In this document: positions 1-15,000 of the stretch, in pieces
How the letters are laid out: every line of letters starts with the position of its first letter
Position numbering within the stretch: the first letter of the stretch is position 1
IMG/VR virus record: IMGVR_UViG_3300005077_000489
Span: 96,001 to 160,000 of that record
Direction: 5' to 3' (one strand)
DNA from: a virus
Taxonomy: Duplodnaviria > Caudoviricetes
Length of the DNA: 64,000 nt
Made by a program: the position numbers and the translations under genes
Notes under the pieces: model-generated
What the model was told of the DNA's origin: nothing
Seen by the model: the letters and a program-made list of their open reading frames with translations, nothing else
The model's database searches: none

Positions 1-1
1 T

Positions 2-3000
2 GATAAATACAGATCCGATGTAGAAACCGCTGTCTCTCGTGGTCGGGGCTTTGGTAGCAGAACAGCAGCGGAGACCTACGCGAGAGTTTCTGGTATAGAT
101 ATTTCTTCATTAGATAAGAAGGCTAGGCAAGGTGTTACGCAGGGTATAACTGCTGTTGAAGATTTATTCACTAATATAAAACAAGAGTCTACAATCCTTG
201 CAGAGTCTACTGGTAGAACACTTTATGAAGCTAGAGATGAGATATCCAAAAAAATTACAGAGACTATAAATAATTTTGATATAACCAAAGCCTTGGATGA
301 TAAGACCTTGGCAGAAATGTCAAATGACTTAAGAGATAGACTTAAATCTTTAATACCAAAAGACTCTGAGAATGCTGCAAAACTAGAAGAGAATATTAAT
401 AGTTTAGTTTCTAAGTTCACAAGTTACTTCCAAAAATTCCAACGACCCATATTAGAGATTTCTAAAGATATTCCTACTGATAAACTTAAGAAGAGTATCG
501 TTGACCTATATGGAGCTATTGCCGGAAAAATAAATAGTCCAGCCATCAATGAACAAATTGAACTGGCTAAGCAAGTGTTTGAAAAGAATATGGGTCATTT
601 AAGAGGAAAATTAGGAGAAGTTAAGTTTGCTGAATACCGGGATAAGTTTGCAGAAATGATGGTTACACGATATCAAATGTGGTCCGAGAGTATCAGAACT
701 AAAATGGATGCATATATGAATTCGGCAAAAGACATGTTTACCAACATAGATGCTGCTTTGGGGGACACGTTTGGTAGGTCTTGGGATTATGTAAAAGGGA
801 TAAATATCGGACCAAAATTGCAGGCTGTATTAACTGGCTTAGTAGGTAGTGCTGCGGAATTATTTGAAGGTGCACAATCTAGTTTTGCACTACCTCTTAG
901 AGAAATAGAAAAACGGGTAAAACAATTAGACTGGAAGAGTACCTCGGATGTTATGCACGATGTTTGGTTTACACTACAAAAATCTTTAGTGTGGCTGCGT
1001 TCCGAAGCAGAAAGATATTCAGGAGAGGCTGAAAACTATAACAAAAAAGAACAGCAAGATCAGTTAAAACTAAGATTAAAACAGAGGGCAGCTTGGGAAC
1101 AAACATTAGCATTCCAGGGATTATCGAGAGAAGAGATACAAGGACCACCCGGTACAATAGCATTAAAACGACCAGAATCTTTACTAGCCGCTCCAAGTTT
1201 TGAAAGAGAAGGCATGTACAATATGGCTACAAAATATGGTCCCCTAGGGAGTTATGCCGACATCATTCAATCTTATAATGACATAGCTCGGGGTGCCTTA
1301 GCAGAAGGAAAGCCCTTTGGTACTAATTTGGGAACTGTCGTCCTAAGACCTGGATATGCACAACAGATGGGTATAGTTGGTGGCGGTACTAAATTAGGTG
1401 GAGTGGAGGTAGGACCTAAACTTCCTGTTACTTTAGGATACACTGCTGAAACAGGTGTTACCCCTATGGTTACTACACAACCTTTAGGTGGTATAGGTGG
1501 TCGTATTACACCACTGACTGAGTTACCAGAAGGTTCTATACAACTTGCTATGGGTGGCACCAGAATGATTAATTTTCGAGATACTTACGAAAAAGCAATC
1601 AGGTCTATAGCATACGGGGCTGGTATGAATGTATCTACCTACGCTGCACAAGAGAAGTTGAAGTTAGGTGCAGATTTTGAATGGGAAGTAAGGGGCTACG
1701 ATAAAGCTGTTAATTCTATGTGGAATATCTCCACTGCTCTGTTTAATATGAATAAGCAAATGGAAGAATTCAGAAAACAGGCTACTTCTGCTGGTGCTCA
1801 GACAGAGAGTGCTATGCAAAAGATAGAGGACATGAAACTAGACCAAAGGATGTTAGGTGCATTAATTAGACTAAAGGAAATGTTGGAAGAGTTCAATAAT
1901 GCCAAAGAAAAAATGACCTTTGATTTCGGTCTTGGAGAAGTAGAAGAAAACATCCGTGTGTTACAGAGGTCCCGTAGAGTAGGACTAGAAGGTATGGTAG
2001 GGTTGCCCACTAAAATGCCTACGGAATTAAGGTCTTGGTCTCAGTTGAAACCAGAGGAGCGAGCGGCTGTAGTCAGTCCGCAGTATGCCGCTTCTACACG
2101 CCGCTTAGCCGAAGCAGAGAGAAGACAAGGACTAGGTGAGAGGACGGAATTGCTCGCGGCTAAAGCAGATTATAGGGCTCGTGCATATGTGGATGAACTT
2201 AAGAAGCAGGTCAACTTAGAAAGAGAACTTGGTCCGGAAGCCTATCAAGCTTTATCAAGAGATATACTAACAGCAGATAATGAGACAGCCAGAAATACGT
2301 CGGTTAGTATAGGGCTACAAAAAGGTATGGTATCTGCACTAATCGGTATCAAAGACGCTATCACGGCAAACTTCTCCACAATGAAAGTAGAGGAAGTCTA
2401 TAAGGAAGCCATAAATTATAAGAAAACAGCGGAACAATTGGAACAGCAAGCATTAGCAATGGGTGTTCCCGAGAACTTGTCTCCGGAGATGCAAGAAAAA
2501 CAAAGGGGCTTAAATGAAAGAGCCCGCGTCTATAGGACTTTGTTTGAGGAAGGCAAAATAGAAATTTATGAGAGAACTAGAAGACCGGAAAAATCCCTTA
2601 TTACTCCTGAGTCCTTTCATAGGGTTGTATTAGGATTTCTGGCTAGTACAAAAGAGCAAGAAAGGACTATTAGGGCTAGCCTTAATGTTGGTAATAATAG
2701 AGCCGAGCAGGCACTATTTGATATTGCTACCAGACTACCACGTGAACGACGAAATGCATTCCTACAAAACAGGTATATAACAAAGAACATAGAGGCTGCT
2801 GGCAGCAATTATGTAGGTGTAGATTTTGCAGCGAATGTAGCCAAACGTCTTAAGAAATTTGATGACGAATGGTCTGAATTACAAGCCAGAAAGAAAGAGG
2901 GTAAGATATTAGAAGAGTATCTTAAACAGGCTCCACCACAGTTTCCAAACTACATGAAAGATTTCGTAGGTTTAGTGGGTATCAAATTAGGGGAAACCGT

Positions 3001-6000
3001 GGGTAAAAAGGTATTTGGTGACCCTGCCCGAGCACAACAAGCCAGTAAAGAATTATTAGAAAAAATGGTAAAATCCTCAGATTGGGAAAGGCAAATAATG
3101 CTAAACCAATCGGATTGGTTAAGACAAATTGCAGACAACACCAAAGCAATGAGAAGCAGTTCTCCTGCTTCTTCGGAAGATTTATATTCATATGGTCATA
3201 GTCCAGCAGACCGGCTAGTTAGAAACTTCTCGGCGGTGTCTTCTGGTTTAAATACATCTAGCCTGCTGGGTCCTGCCTTGATTGCTGCTGGTATGGTAGG
3301 TCTCTACAAATGGTTGGGGGGTAAGGGCGTTGCTTTAAATTTTATACCTGTTAGACAAGGGAACGTACCTGCAGCAGTATTATCTGACCAAAATCTAGCT
3401 AATATTTCTAAGGGACTCGACGGCTTAATTCGTAATTTTAAGTATTATAATGAAACACAAAAAATGGCATTTGACCAGGAGAAACTAGCTGCGTTAAGAG
3501 AACCTTCATGGCGTGGTGCTGTGGTAAGCCCGGATATAAGCAAAGGTCTAATACGCCGCGGTATCGCTGGTGGTGTTGCTGGATCTGTTCTAGGTATAGG
3601 TCTTTTACCTGCTGGGTTAGCTGCCGTTGCTTATACAGTGGCTAAACGATTAGAACCTAGTCTAGGTAAAGGTGTATTAAGCCGGTCTTTAGGTATTGGT
3701 CTAGGCACCAGCCTGCTGGCGGGTAGTGCAGCCAAAATGATTGGTCTAGGAGCTGCAACTTTTGCTCTTCCTATAATACCTATTGCGACAGTTTCTGCTA
3801 TCTATATGATGGTAAAAAGAATGGGTATGAGTGATACATGGTTGTCCGGACATATGGGGCATCCTATTTTTGGTAGGGGAGGGTACGAAGGTGGTATGTG
3901 GCGTGCTCGTGCCGAGATAGCGGATACCTTATTAAATAGATTTATAAAGGGAATTTCTAGGATACCTGAATTTTTTGGTGGTACTGGTCGTGGTCTTATA
4001 GGACGAGGCTTAACAGTAGGTGTTGGTGCTTCTCTGTTAGGTGCTCCTGGTCTGGCAGCAGGTTTAGCATATGGAGGTGGTGCTTTTGCATATAGATTAG
4101 CAACAGGTAAAGCCCCAGTAGGTCCAGGGTGGATGCAGACTGCGGGAGCACTAGGACAAGATGTTTTTACCGGCAAACTTGGTGCATTCCTTAATAGATT
4201 TCTGTCGGAACCTTACGGTGTACCGGGACCTAGAACAGGTAGATTTGGTAGGTATGCTAGAGATATAGAGACTCGTTATGCTCCTGGTACCACAGAGAAT
4301 TCTTTGGCACGTGCTTTCCAAGATCGACGTTTCATGAATGAATTTTTTATACAATTAGAAAGAGATGGGATACGCCTTGCTAAATTCAGTAATTGGTTAG
4401 CTACCACTGGTGAAAGATTAGCACCGCGTTTCTTTGGATATGTTTCTTCTCGGGTTTCTTCAGGCGGTGCCGATATTCGGTCTTACCCCTCTAGATTTTG
4501 GGAGGAAGCCAAGGATACTCTAACGAAGAGTAGTGAATTTAGACGTGGTTTCTATACTGATGTTCTAAACAGAATACCTCTTTCTCTAGAGAGGGCTGTC
4601 AGCGGAGCATTTAGTTCTAATTTAGTGCAACGGAGTATGTTGGGTACTGGTAAGTTAGCGACTGGTCTTCTGGAGAATTTATTAATTGGTACTATAAGTA
4701 TGGCTACCAGACGTGGTAATTTAGCAGTGGGTAATATGGCTGCTGGTACTGCTAGGGAATTAAGTCTCTACAGGGGAACTGGTAAAATTGTAGAGGGTAT
4801 TTCTAGCACATTAGAATTTACGAGAGCCTTAGTAAACGTCACCCAAGCATCCCTAGAGGCTGCTAGACAAGGAAAATATTTGTCTCACGTATTTAAACAA
4901 ATGGCTGATAGTGGGCAAGGGTTCTTCCGAACCTTGTTGACTAAGGTAAGAGACGAAAGACTTTATAGACAATTAGATTTGTTAAAGACAGCACCATTAA
5001 GTACTGTATCCAGAGCAGCTACAGAACCAATCTTTAGTTTGGCGTATGGAGCTGGTGGTTATACTGCCACTAGAATTCCTAGGGCTGGTACTCCTGTAGA
5101 GAATGTTTCTACGTTGCGTCAAAGAATGTCTGAAAGATGGCGAGTAGCAGGGTTACCGGAATATACTTTGCACGGAGAAAGGTTGCCTTGGGGTTTGAGT
5201 GGTGCAGGTATGAAATTAGGTGGTGCTTATGGAGCTGCCGCTGGTGCTATGGGAGGTCCTCTTGGTTTTCTTACTACTCCGTTATCTATGGTTATAGGTG
5301 GTGCTCTAGGAGCATTAGGAGGCGGTAGATTATTAGGTGCTTCTGCTGGAAGAGCAGGTATGACCAAGTTAGATATTAGGAATCGTGCTAGAGAAATGCA
5401 AGCAATTTTCGGTAATGCTCCCCGCAGAGCGTTAGAAAGAATAGCCGAGGAAGAGTTAAGCACTATGAGTGGAAAGGTCTATAAGACTGAACCTCAGTTT
5501 CTTAAACGTGTGTGGAATTATTTCACTGGTAAACAACAGGTAGGTGGCGGGCTAGAGTCTTTATATGAACTACAACAAATGAAGCCCGTTCCACCGGCTA
5601 AAGGTAAAGGTGTTGTAGAACTTGCTAGAGAAGCCAGAAATATTAGAATGGACCAAATAGAAAGAGAGTTTATGGCTGCTGGTGGTAGACCTGAAGATTT
5701 ATCTTCATTTAAATATACTAGAACTAGACCAGTTAAAGTTATGCCAGAATTTAGTCTACAGGCACCATATGAAGAAAGATTGGCTGCTGCTCGTAGTATG
5801 CCTGACTACAAAGAAGTACAAAAGAAATTAATGGACTTGTCCAGGGAAAGGGTTAATGTAAAAAGCAGACTACAACAATTAAATTCTAGTATTCCTACAG
5901 AGTTCAATGCTTATAATACTATAATAGATGACCTTACGCAGCAATTGCGCAATGTGGAATCTTCTATGACAAAAATTACGGATGCTAGGAATAAGATTTA

Positions 6001-9000
6001 TGCAGAACAGATAGCATCAGATTTACGAAAACAATTAAGTACTGTTACTAATGAAAGAAATACAAAAGTAGGAGCAATGGAAAGGGAGAGAAGCTCATTA
6101 GAAGCCAGACAATCTTCTTTGATAAAAGAAGCTGTTTCTTTAGATAAACAGAGAGTTTCAATACAAGAGACATGGCTAAGAGGAACATTTACCCAAGAGG
6201 AATGGGCGGCACAAATTAATGCTTTGAATGAGAGGAAGCAAGCCCTGAAAGAACTAAAAAATGCTGCAAGAACCAGAGGTGGACAAGCTCAAGTCAATGC
6301 GGAAACACTTATTGGTAGCAAAACTTATAGAGGAAAACTTTTAGCAAATGTGGACGTAGAAAGTGGGGTGAAAAAATTAAAACTAGAAAGAAATAAATCT
6401 TATATATTCGAGGCAATGTATGGTTCTACAGATGATATACAAAAACAAGTGAGAAGAGCTAAGTATGAAGAAACAAAATTAATGAAGAGAAGAGTGATAT
6501 ATGCAAAACAGTATGGGGCTGGTCCATTAGTATCTGATACCCAAGATAAATTAGATAAAATTAGAGAACGTATAGCAAAGTTACAAGGTAGAGAAAGAGA
6601 TTCTATAAATTGGGATTCCTTTAGAAAACAATATGCTGAAGAGATTGCAGACTTAAAGATAATAGAAGATTTCCAGACTACTAGGAATAATGTAAGAGAA
6701 CAAATACGAAAATATGACGCGGAATTAACTGCAACAGAGGGAGAGAAAGCTCAATTAAGGAATATGAGAGGAAGCCAGAGTGAAGCCAAGAAAGCCTCTA
6801 AGAAGGTAGGAAAGATATTAGGTACGAAAACTTCTACTACTCCTGGGACACCAGATACACTGGATGAGCTAGTAGGACTTACCCAAGATGAAATAAGAGA
6901 AATTAGTCGTAGACGGGAGTCTCGTATGAATTTGGGTGTAGAAACTACATCTAGAACAGGTATGAGGACCACAGGATTAGGAAAGTTACAAAGTATGGCA
7001 GCCCGCCGCGAAGAAATGTTGGTGGGTATCGAAGAGACTTTAACTAAGGCTCCTAAAGACCTACAGAAATCTATAAGAGAAAGATATTTGCGAACTATGG
7101 CTGAAGAAAATGTAATGTCTGCTATACCTAATGCTAGTCAAGAAGTACAAAATCTTGCCATCGAACGTGCGGTCAAACTTACTAAAGGTGCAGTTCCTCC
7201 TGTTAGAGATGTGGCAGAATGGTTAGTAAGTAGTGCTAAAGAAGGTAAAGCGGATGATATACTAAAATTGAGTGGTCTCAATGTAGATGACTTTGTAAAT
7301 TTGAAAACAATAACAGGCATCGATGATGCTATTGCTAAAAATCTAGGAGACAGATTACCAGAAATTTTAAAATCTCAAAGGGATGCTTATAACAATATAA
7401 AACCTCAAATAAAATTATTAGAGGCTGTTTATGATGACTTTAGAGATACTTCAAGATTATTTAATGAAGTTGGTGCGGGTGGTAAAAAGGGCTTAGTCTA
7501 TACTGAAACACAAGCTAAAGCAATGATGACTAGGCTTAGAGAGGCACTGGGTACAGAATTGGATGATATAATTAAACGGACTACTCCTGGGGGTGCTACT
7601 GACCTTGATATATTAGAAAGGAATCCTGTTGCAGTTCAAGAGATTGAAAAAGCTCTCAAAGGTGGTTTGAAAACTAAGAGGAAAGAATTAGGAAGATTAG
7701 AAACATCTTTGGATATAAAAGGTTTATTAGGGGATCGACAAAGTGCAATCCAGGAATTAGAGAGATTACAGAATTTAATGTTAAAGGAAGGTAGTAGTGA
7801 CCTTGCAAAGAACGATTTAACTTCTTTAATGATGCAGCAAGGTAATAAAATAAAAGATATAGACAATCAAATAAAGATGATGATCTCCGACGAGGGCTTG
7901 TTAGCATCTACTATAAAGAAGTTTATTAATGAAGGCAAAGTTTTACAAGACGAAATAGACAGATTACAAAAACAATATAAAGATGTGGAGCGACAAGTAG
8001 GGCAGGCGAAATTATTAAAGAATATAAAGACACCTGTACAAGCGGACTTAGAGAAGTTAGATGAACCAGTAAGAAACCTGTATAGGAATTTAGGAAATAA
8101 TTCTGATGAATTAGTAACCCACTTGGAAAAGAATTTATTAAATGCAAAGTCACAACTAGATAATTTACGTGAGGTGGCAGCAGGTAGGGCAGAGGTTCCC
8201 TTAAAACCGGCACAACTATTAGTACAACAAGAATTACTAACGAAATTAGAAGATATAGCTAAAGCATTTCGCTCCGGAGATAAGGCGGTTACGGATAAAG
8301 CAATCGGTCAACTCTCAAGATTGTTTGCAGCAAATGTAGATATACCTAGCGAGGTTTTACGTAATAATAGAGAATTTATTATGAATGTATTACAGATGGG
8401 CTCACAAGCACAATCTCCTTATTATGCCCCTGTACAATCACTATTCAATGTGGTTAAGGGTTCTGGGAAAAGTGCAATAGAGCAGGCTAACATTTTAGAT
8501 TCCGTGGTGGGAATGTTTGATGATGCAGTAAAAAGAGGTCATAGTTTTAATGATACATTAATGAAGGTAGAAGGACACTTATTAAAGTTTGGGTATGATA
8601 CACAGCAAGCAATGCGTTCTATACGTGATGCTGGAGATGATTTAGCAAAATTAACTAGAACTGCTGTTTTTGCTGCAGAAGGTACCCGTCCTGGTGGAGG
8701 CGCATTTGCTACTGTAGGTCCTAGAATGCACGGTCCTGGTATAGGTGGTATGATGCTAGCAATGGCTGGCACCGAGCTAGGTGCACAGGGATTACAATCA
8801 GCCTTTGGTATAAGTCCACTAACATCCTATGGCACTATCCTTGGTGGTGTTGCATTACATCAATTGATCAGCGGTGGCCGGGGACCTGGCTCTGAGATTG
8901 GTGTGATGAGCAGAATAGGTAGAGGTTTGGCGGGTGTGAATGAATCTGGTTGGGGGCGTACCGGTGGCCTATGGGGAGATTTGACTTCTGCGTTTAGACC

Positions 9001-12000
9001 CTCAGAATATGCTAAGTCTATTGGTTTTCCTGCTAAAGATTGGGCTACAAGAACTGGCGGGCTTTCCGGTATTAGTGGTTGGTTTGGCAAATGGCGAGAA
9101 ATTAGTACATATAAAGCTAATTTGCCAGCGACTGCCGCCGCAGAGGTGGGGCTTGCCGAGAAATGGTTAGGTCCTGGAGGTAAGCATCTAGGTGCTAATC
9201 TTTCTATGGCTGCTAAAGCACTGCCTGTTGTTATGTTGGGAGTTGAATCTATTTTTGCTCAACAACGGGAATCCGAGCGCGGCTACAAAGGTGCTACTGG
9301 ATTCATGGGCGGTTTTCTAGAGGTATTAACTCCTTCTGCTATGGCTATGATTGCTGCCTATGTTGCTGGTTCTATAGCAACAGGGGGTATTATGTCTATA
9401 GTGGCTGCAGCAGCCGCTGGTGCAGGTGCTTATACCTTGGCTACCCCATTAGGCGAGAAGGTAAAAAATGTTTACTATGGTGCAACTGGTGCTGTTCCTG
9501 TTCTTACAAAAACCATGCAAGAAGAGGAGTTAAAGGCATACAGCCCTGCGGCTAGAAGAAGTTTAGAATTTAAGAGGGCTAATGCTGAATTAGAGAGACT
9601 AAGACAAGAAACTCAAACGACTCTTCCTTCTAGGGCACTCAGTTTGATGATGCCTCTAGTGGGTGCGGGCGGCATGATGTTTACATTTGACCGACTATCC
9701 CGGAACATGGAACGAGAACAAGGCTTTACTAACGCACAAAAAACTGTGGCATCTCTAGGACAGTTGCTGTCTGATGGCGGGGATATCACGAAGATGCCGT
9801 TTCTGGCTAAGTATATGCAGCAAACCCCAGAATTAAAGGCTGAATATGACAAAATAGTAAAGTATAAGGAAGAGATGGATTCGGCTGTGGGGGGTAAGGA
9901 TAAAGAAGAGAAACGTAAACGCTATCAAGATGCTGTGAATGAAGGTCTCAATAAGTTCACTACTGCACTTAAAAGGTCATCAGACTTAGTGGAAATGATT
10001 ACCATAGATCAATACACGGAGAACGAGGCATTAAAACAGTCCTCTTTATCTCTAGTAAATCTTGCTGAGGTAGCCGCAAGAACAAAAACAATATTTGAGG
10101 AAATGCCAAAGGCTTGGGCTATCCAGGAGCAACCTTGGGGAGAGAGATTATCCGGACCGGAGGTCCCTAATTATAGGGGTCGTTTTGAAAGAACAGTTAC
10201 AGATTTAATGAAGGAAGAGGCACCAGAAGTCTACAACAGCGGTATGGCTGCTATAGAGGCAGATAAGGTGGCTTATTCTAAATTACTAAAAGAGAGAGAA
10301 AAAGAACGTAATATAATTGGAGATATGAGAAACCAGCAAGAGTCCATGAATCGATCTGTGGGTGCTAATTTAGATAAATTAAAACTTACTGGTGAAACTT
10401 TAGAAAAAGTAAAAACATTAGTACGCTTGGAAGGAGAATTTATTAATGCTCCACAATCTGAGGTGGGCAGTAGGGTTTTGGAATTAGATAAATTAGCAAA
10501 GGATTTGGGAAAACTTGGTAATTATATGTCTACTCAATCTTCATATGAATTCAAGGATGTTTGGAGAGTAGAAGCAAATAAATTAAGTAATTATTCTACC
10601 TTAAAGATGCCTTTAGCCGGAGCACAAGAAACCCTGAATGCTTTATCAGAGTTTGAGAATAGATTAGGGGAAAGAGTAAAGAAAGAAGGTCTTACTGAAG
10701 AAAATAGGAAAAACTTAGAAATTGTAAAGAAGGCTAAACCAGGATTACAAAAACAAATTGATGCAAGAGAGGGTGCTGAAAAAGTATTAACCAGATTACC
10801 TAGTGAGGTGGATGAACTCATTCGTAGACGTAGTAGTTTAGATTCACAGAGAAAATTGATAGAAGACGAGACCAAAGCCTTAGAAGAAAACAGGCATTCC
10901 AGAGCCGCCATCATACAGCAGTTGATGGAGTATACCGAAGTAATGAAGGTATTACATCAAGCACAGCGGCAGCTACTAGAAACAGAGACTGTACGAGTAT
11001 CTAATATGCCGGGTGGTGGTGCCCAAACTAGAAGAATGTATGAAGGAAGACTTCCTAATCAAATGATGTTTGGTACAGAGACCTCGGCAATACCACTTCA
11101 AGATTTAATGCCAAAATCTGTAACGCAACTTACTGCTATGGACTTATTTGCTCTATCTAATAAGACGGGCATGAATGATCTGAATAAAGTATACACTGCC
11201 TATAAAAAGGCGGAACAGAATATGTATGAAATACGTACTTCATTAGATACTGCTATGTCAACAGCAACATTGGAGAAATCCCGCATAAATAAGTTTGGCG
11301 ATCTAGTTAATAAAGGTGTATTTAATCAAAAGGATGAACTGACTAATTTGGTGGATACTGGTATTAATTACGTTAATAAGATACAGGGGGTGTTATCTGA
11401 TTATGGTGACCAACTCCCGGCAACTATAAAAACGGCATTAGAGAAACAAACCAATGAATATAAAACTCAATATGATAGGGTAACTAAACAGGAAACCAAG
11501 TTAAAGGAAGCGGAGCAAGAATTAACCGATCTTTACAAAATTGATACAATTCCAAAGGAGCAACAACTTAAGACCTTGGAAAGGGGAGTAGAAGGCAATA
11601 AACCAGAAAGAATTATTGCTACTGAGAAACGTATTAAAATTGGTTTAAACCAGACCATAATAGACCTAAATAAAGAAGGACTTACACGTTCCGACCAGTA
11701 TTTAATGTTGGAAGAGCGGAAAGCCACTGCTAGAAATTCAATGGAACAATATGAGAGAGCTGGTAATAAATCAAATGCTGCTTCTGAAAAAGATAAATTA
11801 GAGGAGTTGGAAGTAATTTCCAAAGTGCTCCTGGAGAAAACGCCAAAATTACCAGAATATTCTAAAGTAAAGAAAGAACTGGACGATTTAGCTAAACAGA
11901 AAACAGATAAATCTGCAGCGATTGAAAATCTTAAATCTGATATAAAGAAAGCAAAGGAATCTATGGATGCAATAGAAAAATCCATAGTCAAACTTCCTAA

Positions 12001-15000
12001 GGATAAACTACAATCAGCACAAGCAGAATTAGATAAAGCTCGAAGAAGGGTAGGGGAATTGGAAAAACAGCGGAGTTCCAAGCAAGTAGAGTTTGAGGCG
12101 GCAAGTAAAGCCCTCGTAGATACTCGTAATAAGTATTTGGATGCTATCTTTTCTAGTGTTGCCGAACAACTTAAGATAGCAGCGGATGCTATAGGCGAGA
12201 GAAATAAGGCGGCATTTGGTTATAAACTAGATCAAGGTAAGCTATATTCTCCGTTGGCGGGCATGATGTCAGGGGTATCGATGCCAACACAATTAGATAT
12301 CGGAAAAAATTATGTTGAAATGAGTGCCCAAGAAAGGTTTGCCGCTTTTAATCCTGAAGAATATTCTACTGCTGCAAAATCTCAAGAAGCCTATAACTCC
12401 GTATTGAAGCAATTATCTTATGTTACAGATGAATTAGTCAAATCAGAAGTAGAGATGATAATGCAAAGACAGGCGTTGGCTAAAATAGAAGACCAAAACA
12501 GTGAGCAGTACAAGAAGACTAAACGAACACTTGAGGACTTAGAAGTACGCAAAAGAGCTACTGAGCAGGCTATGGAAGAATATAGAGCCAGAGCATTAGA
12601 AAAACGTGTGGAAGCAGAAAAAAGAGCACAAGAAACTAGAATGGCTGTATTAGGGCATGAAACTAAGCGTTTTATAGAATCTACCACTAGGTCGATGGAA
12701 GAAGGAATTATTGGTATAACCGACAAATTTAGTCAGGCTTTTCGTATGTCTCCTTTGGTTGGTGCTACTGCTGGTTTGGCTACTCCTTTTAATATTAATA
12801 CTGGGAAAACAGAATTGCAACTGAGCCCACAAGAACGCGTTGCCCTGAATAACAATCAGTTATATAGAGCAGCATCTACAACGCAAGAAGAATTGCGTTT
12901 GGCTTCTGAACGTATTTCCAAGCTAGAGGGTAGAAGGGCTACTCTGCAGGCTGAGCAGCAAGAAGCAGCCCGCCTCGGTAACACTAGGTTAGTAGACGAA
13001 TATCAGAATAGGATAAATGCACTTACGCAAGAAATACAAAAAAATACTGATGAATTTAATAATTTGAGAAACTCTTCCAGAGAACTGATGGAGGAATTCA
13101 GGCAACAAGTCTGGGTAGAAGAGGTGAAGCGGCAATTATTGGACGTTGGTCTAGAAATGAAAAAAACTATAATAGGTTTTGGACAAGCCTTTGAACGTTC
13201 TAAAATATTTTCTCCTGTAACAGGAACTATGGCAGGTATAGGTTACTCAGGGGAAATCCCCAGAATACAAGAACTCCCAGAATTAAGTTCTAGTCAATTA
13301 TATGCTAAATATCAACCGGCGGGATACAGAGCAGGCATGGAGGCTATAAATCGTAGGAAGGCGTATGAACAAGCTATCTCTAGATACGACACAAATATAC
13401 AACAAATGGAAGCCCAATCTGCTATGGGCGGTGAGGCTGGTAAGGAAGCAGCGGCAAAGTTACCAGGATTATATGAAGCACGTCAGAAGTTGCTAGACCA
13501 GTATGATGCTGAGAAAAGTATATTAGAAGGTATAATAAAGGCTACTATGGAAGCCAATATGCGTTTTGAAGTTTTACGCGATGTCATACAGTCTGTTCAT
13601 AAGACAGTTAGTGCTATAGCACAAGGTATGGGACAATTAGTAGCAGCGGGGTTAAAGAGCCCGGTAGCGGGAGCCGCCAAGGGCCTCGTTCCTTATCAGT
13701 GGCAGGTCGCTAAACAAGAATTTGAACTTACTCCACAAGAAGTAGTAAATAAGTATGCTCCTAATATGGCAATGTCTGCTCATATGCAGCAACAAACTAT
13801 AGACACAATGGCAAACATGGCTGGAGAATTTACTACCAAAAGACAAGAAGCACTAATGAAGGCCCAGTTGGCAGAGACTCCGGAGGAACGTAATAGGTAT
13901 CTTAAGAAAGCAGATTATTATGGTGAGGCTTCTACTAGATTTGCTGATGCTGCCGAAGAGGCTCGTGCTGCATTGGAACCGTTGATTGAAAAATTAACTG
14001 CGTTAGCCAAAGTTGCTGAGGTTGCACAGAAATTTGAACAACTAGACCGCCAACTAAATATCTTAGCTAATACTCGTTGGGGTATGGATACTATACGTAT
14101 GGAGACCGAGATGGGTAAGCACCCGTCTTCATTACAAAGGGGGAGGTATGTAGAGGTAGGTGGTCGTTTAGAGTATATACCCGGCTTGGGCAGTGGTTCT
14201 ATGAATATACCCGGTATCCCTGGTGCCTATGCTGGTAGTTCCGGGTGGTACCAAACAGAGTACGAAAAGATTCCCGGCACGGAGTATGAAGTTCCTAGAG
14301 CATTCCAACCTGGTAGTAAAGAATGGCAGGAAATGAGAGTACTAGAGTTAAAACGGGATTCCGGCGAAGTAAAAGGTCCTGACTATGAACGGCAAAGAGC
14401 GATGATAACTTGGAATGCGGGTGAAGCACAAATACAATATTTGCAGAAGAGAGAGGACCAAAAATTTGAGAGACAGAAAGGTATAGCAGTACAAGCAGAA
14501 ACGGCGATAGAAGAAGCTCTTATAGGTTATAGCGATACATTACCACAACTACGGGGAATGTTAGAGCCTTATCGGGAGATGATAAAAGAGGATATGCAGC
14601 ATGCTGCAGATATCGTTGGAGAAGGTCCCGGCGGGGTATTACAACGGAGAGGCTTCCAAAGTTTGAGCGAAATGAAGAATGTTGCTTCTGAGTTGAAACA
14701 AATGATAAAGGCTGAAGATGCTCAAAATACTGCCCGTTATACTTGGTACCCAATAGTTAGACAATTAAAAGAATTACAAGAAGCATTAACAGGACAGTTA
14801 TCGGAAGAAACTCCAGAAGAAAAGGAAGCTAGAAAGCAAAATGAAGACGCTAAGAAATACTTTACTGAGAGATTAGATAAAATTACCTTAAAAGATAATA
14901 TGCCAAAGGATGAAACTGAGACTAAAACAGGTCGCAGAGATTACGCCGGTGCCCCTAGCGTAGAGCAAATAGAGAAAGCAAAAGAAGAAATTGATAAGAG

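Noticed and set aside
293-295. Track start of the giant ORF
   Set aside because: It is an internal TTG; the frame is open back to base 2.
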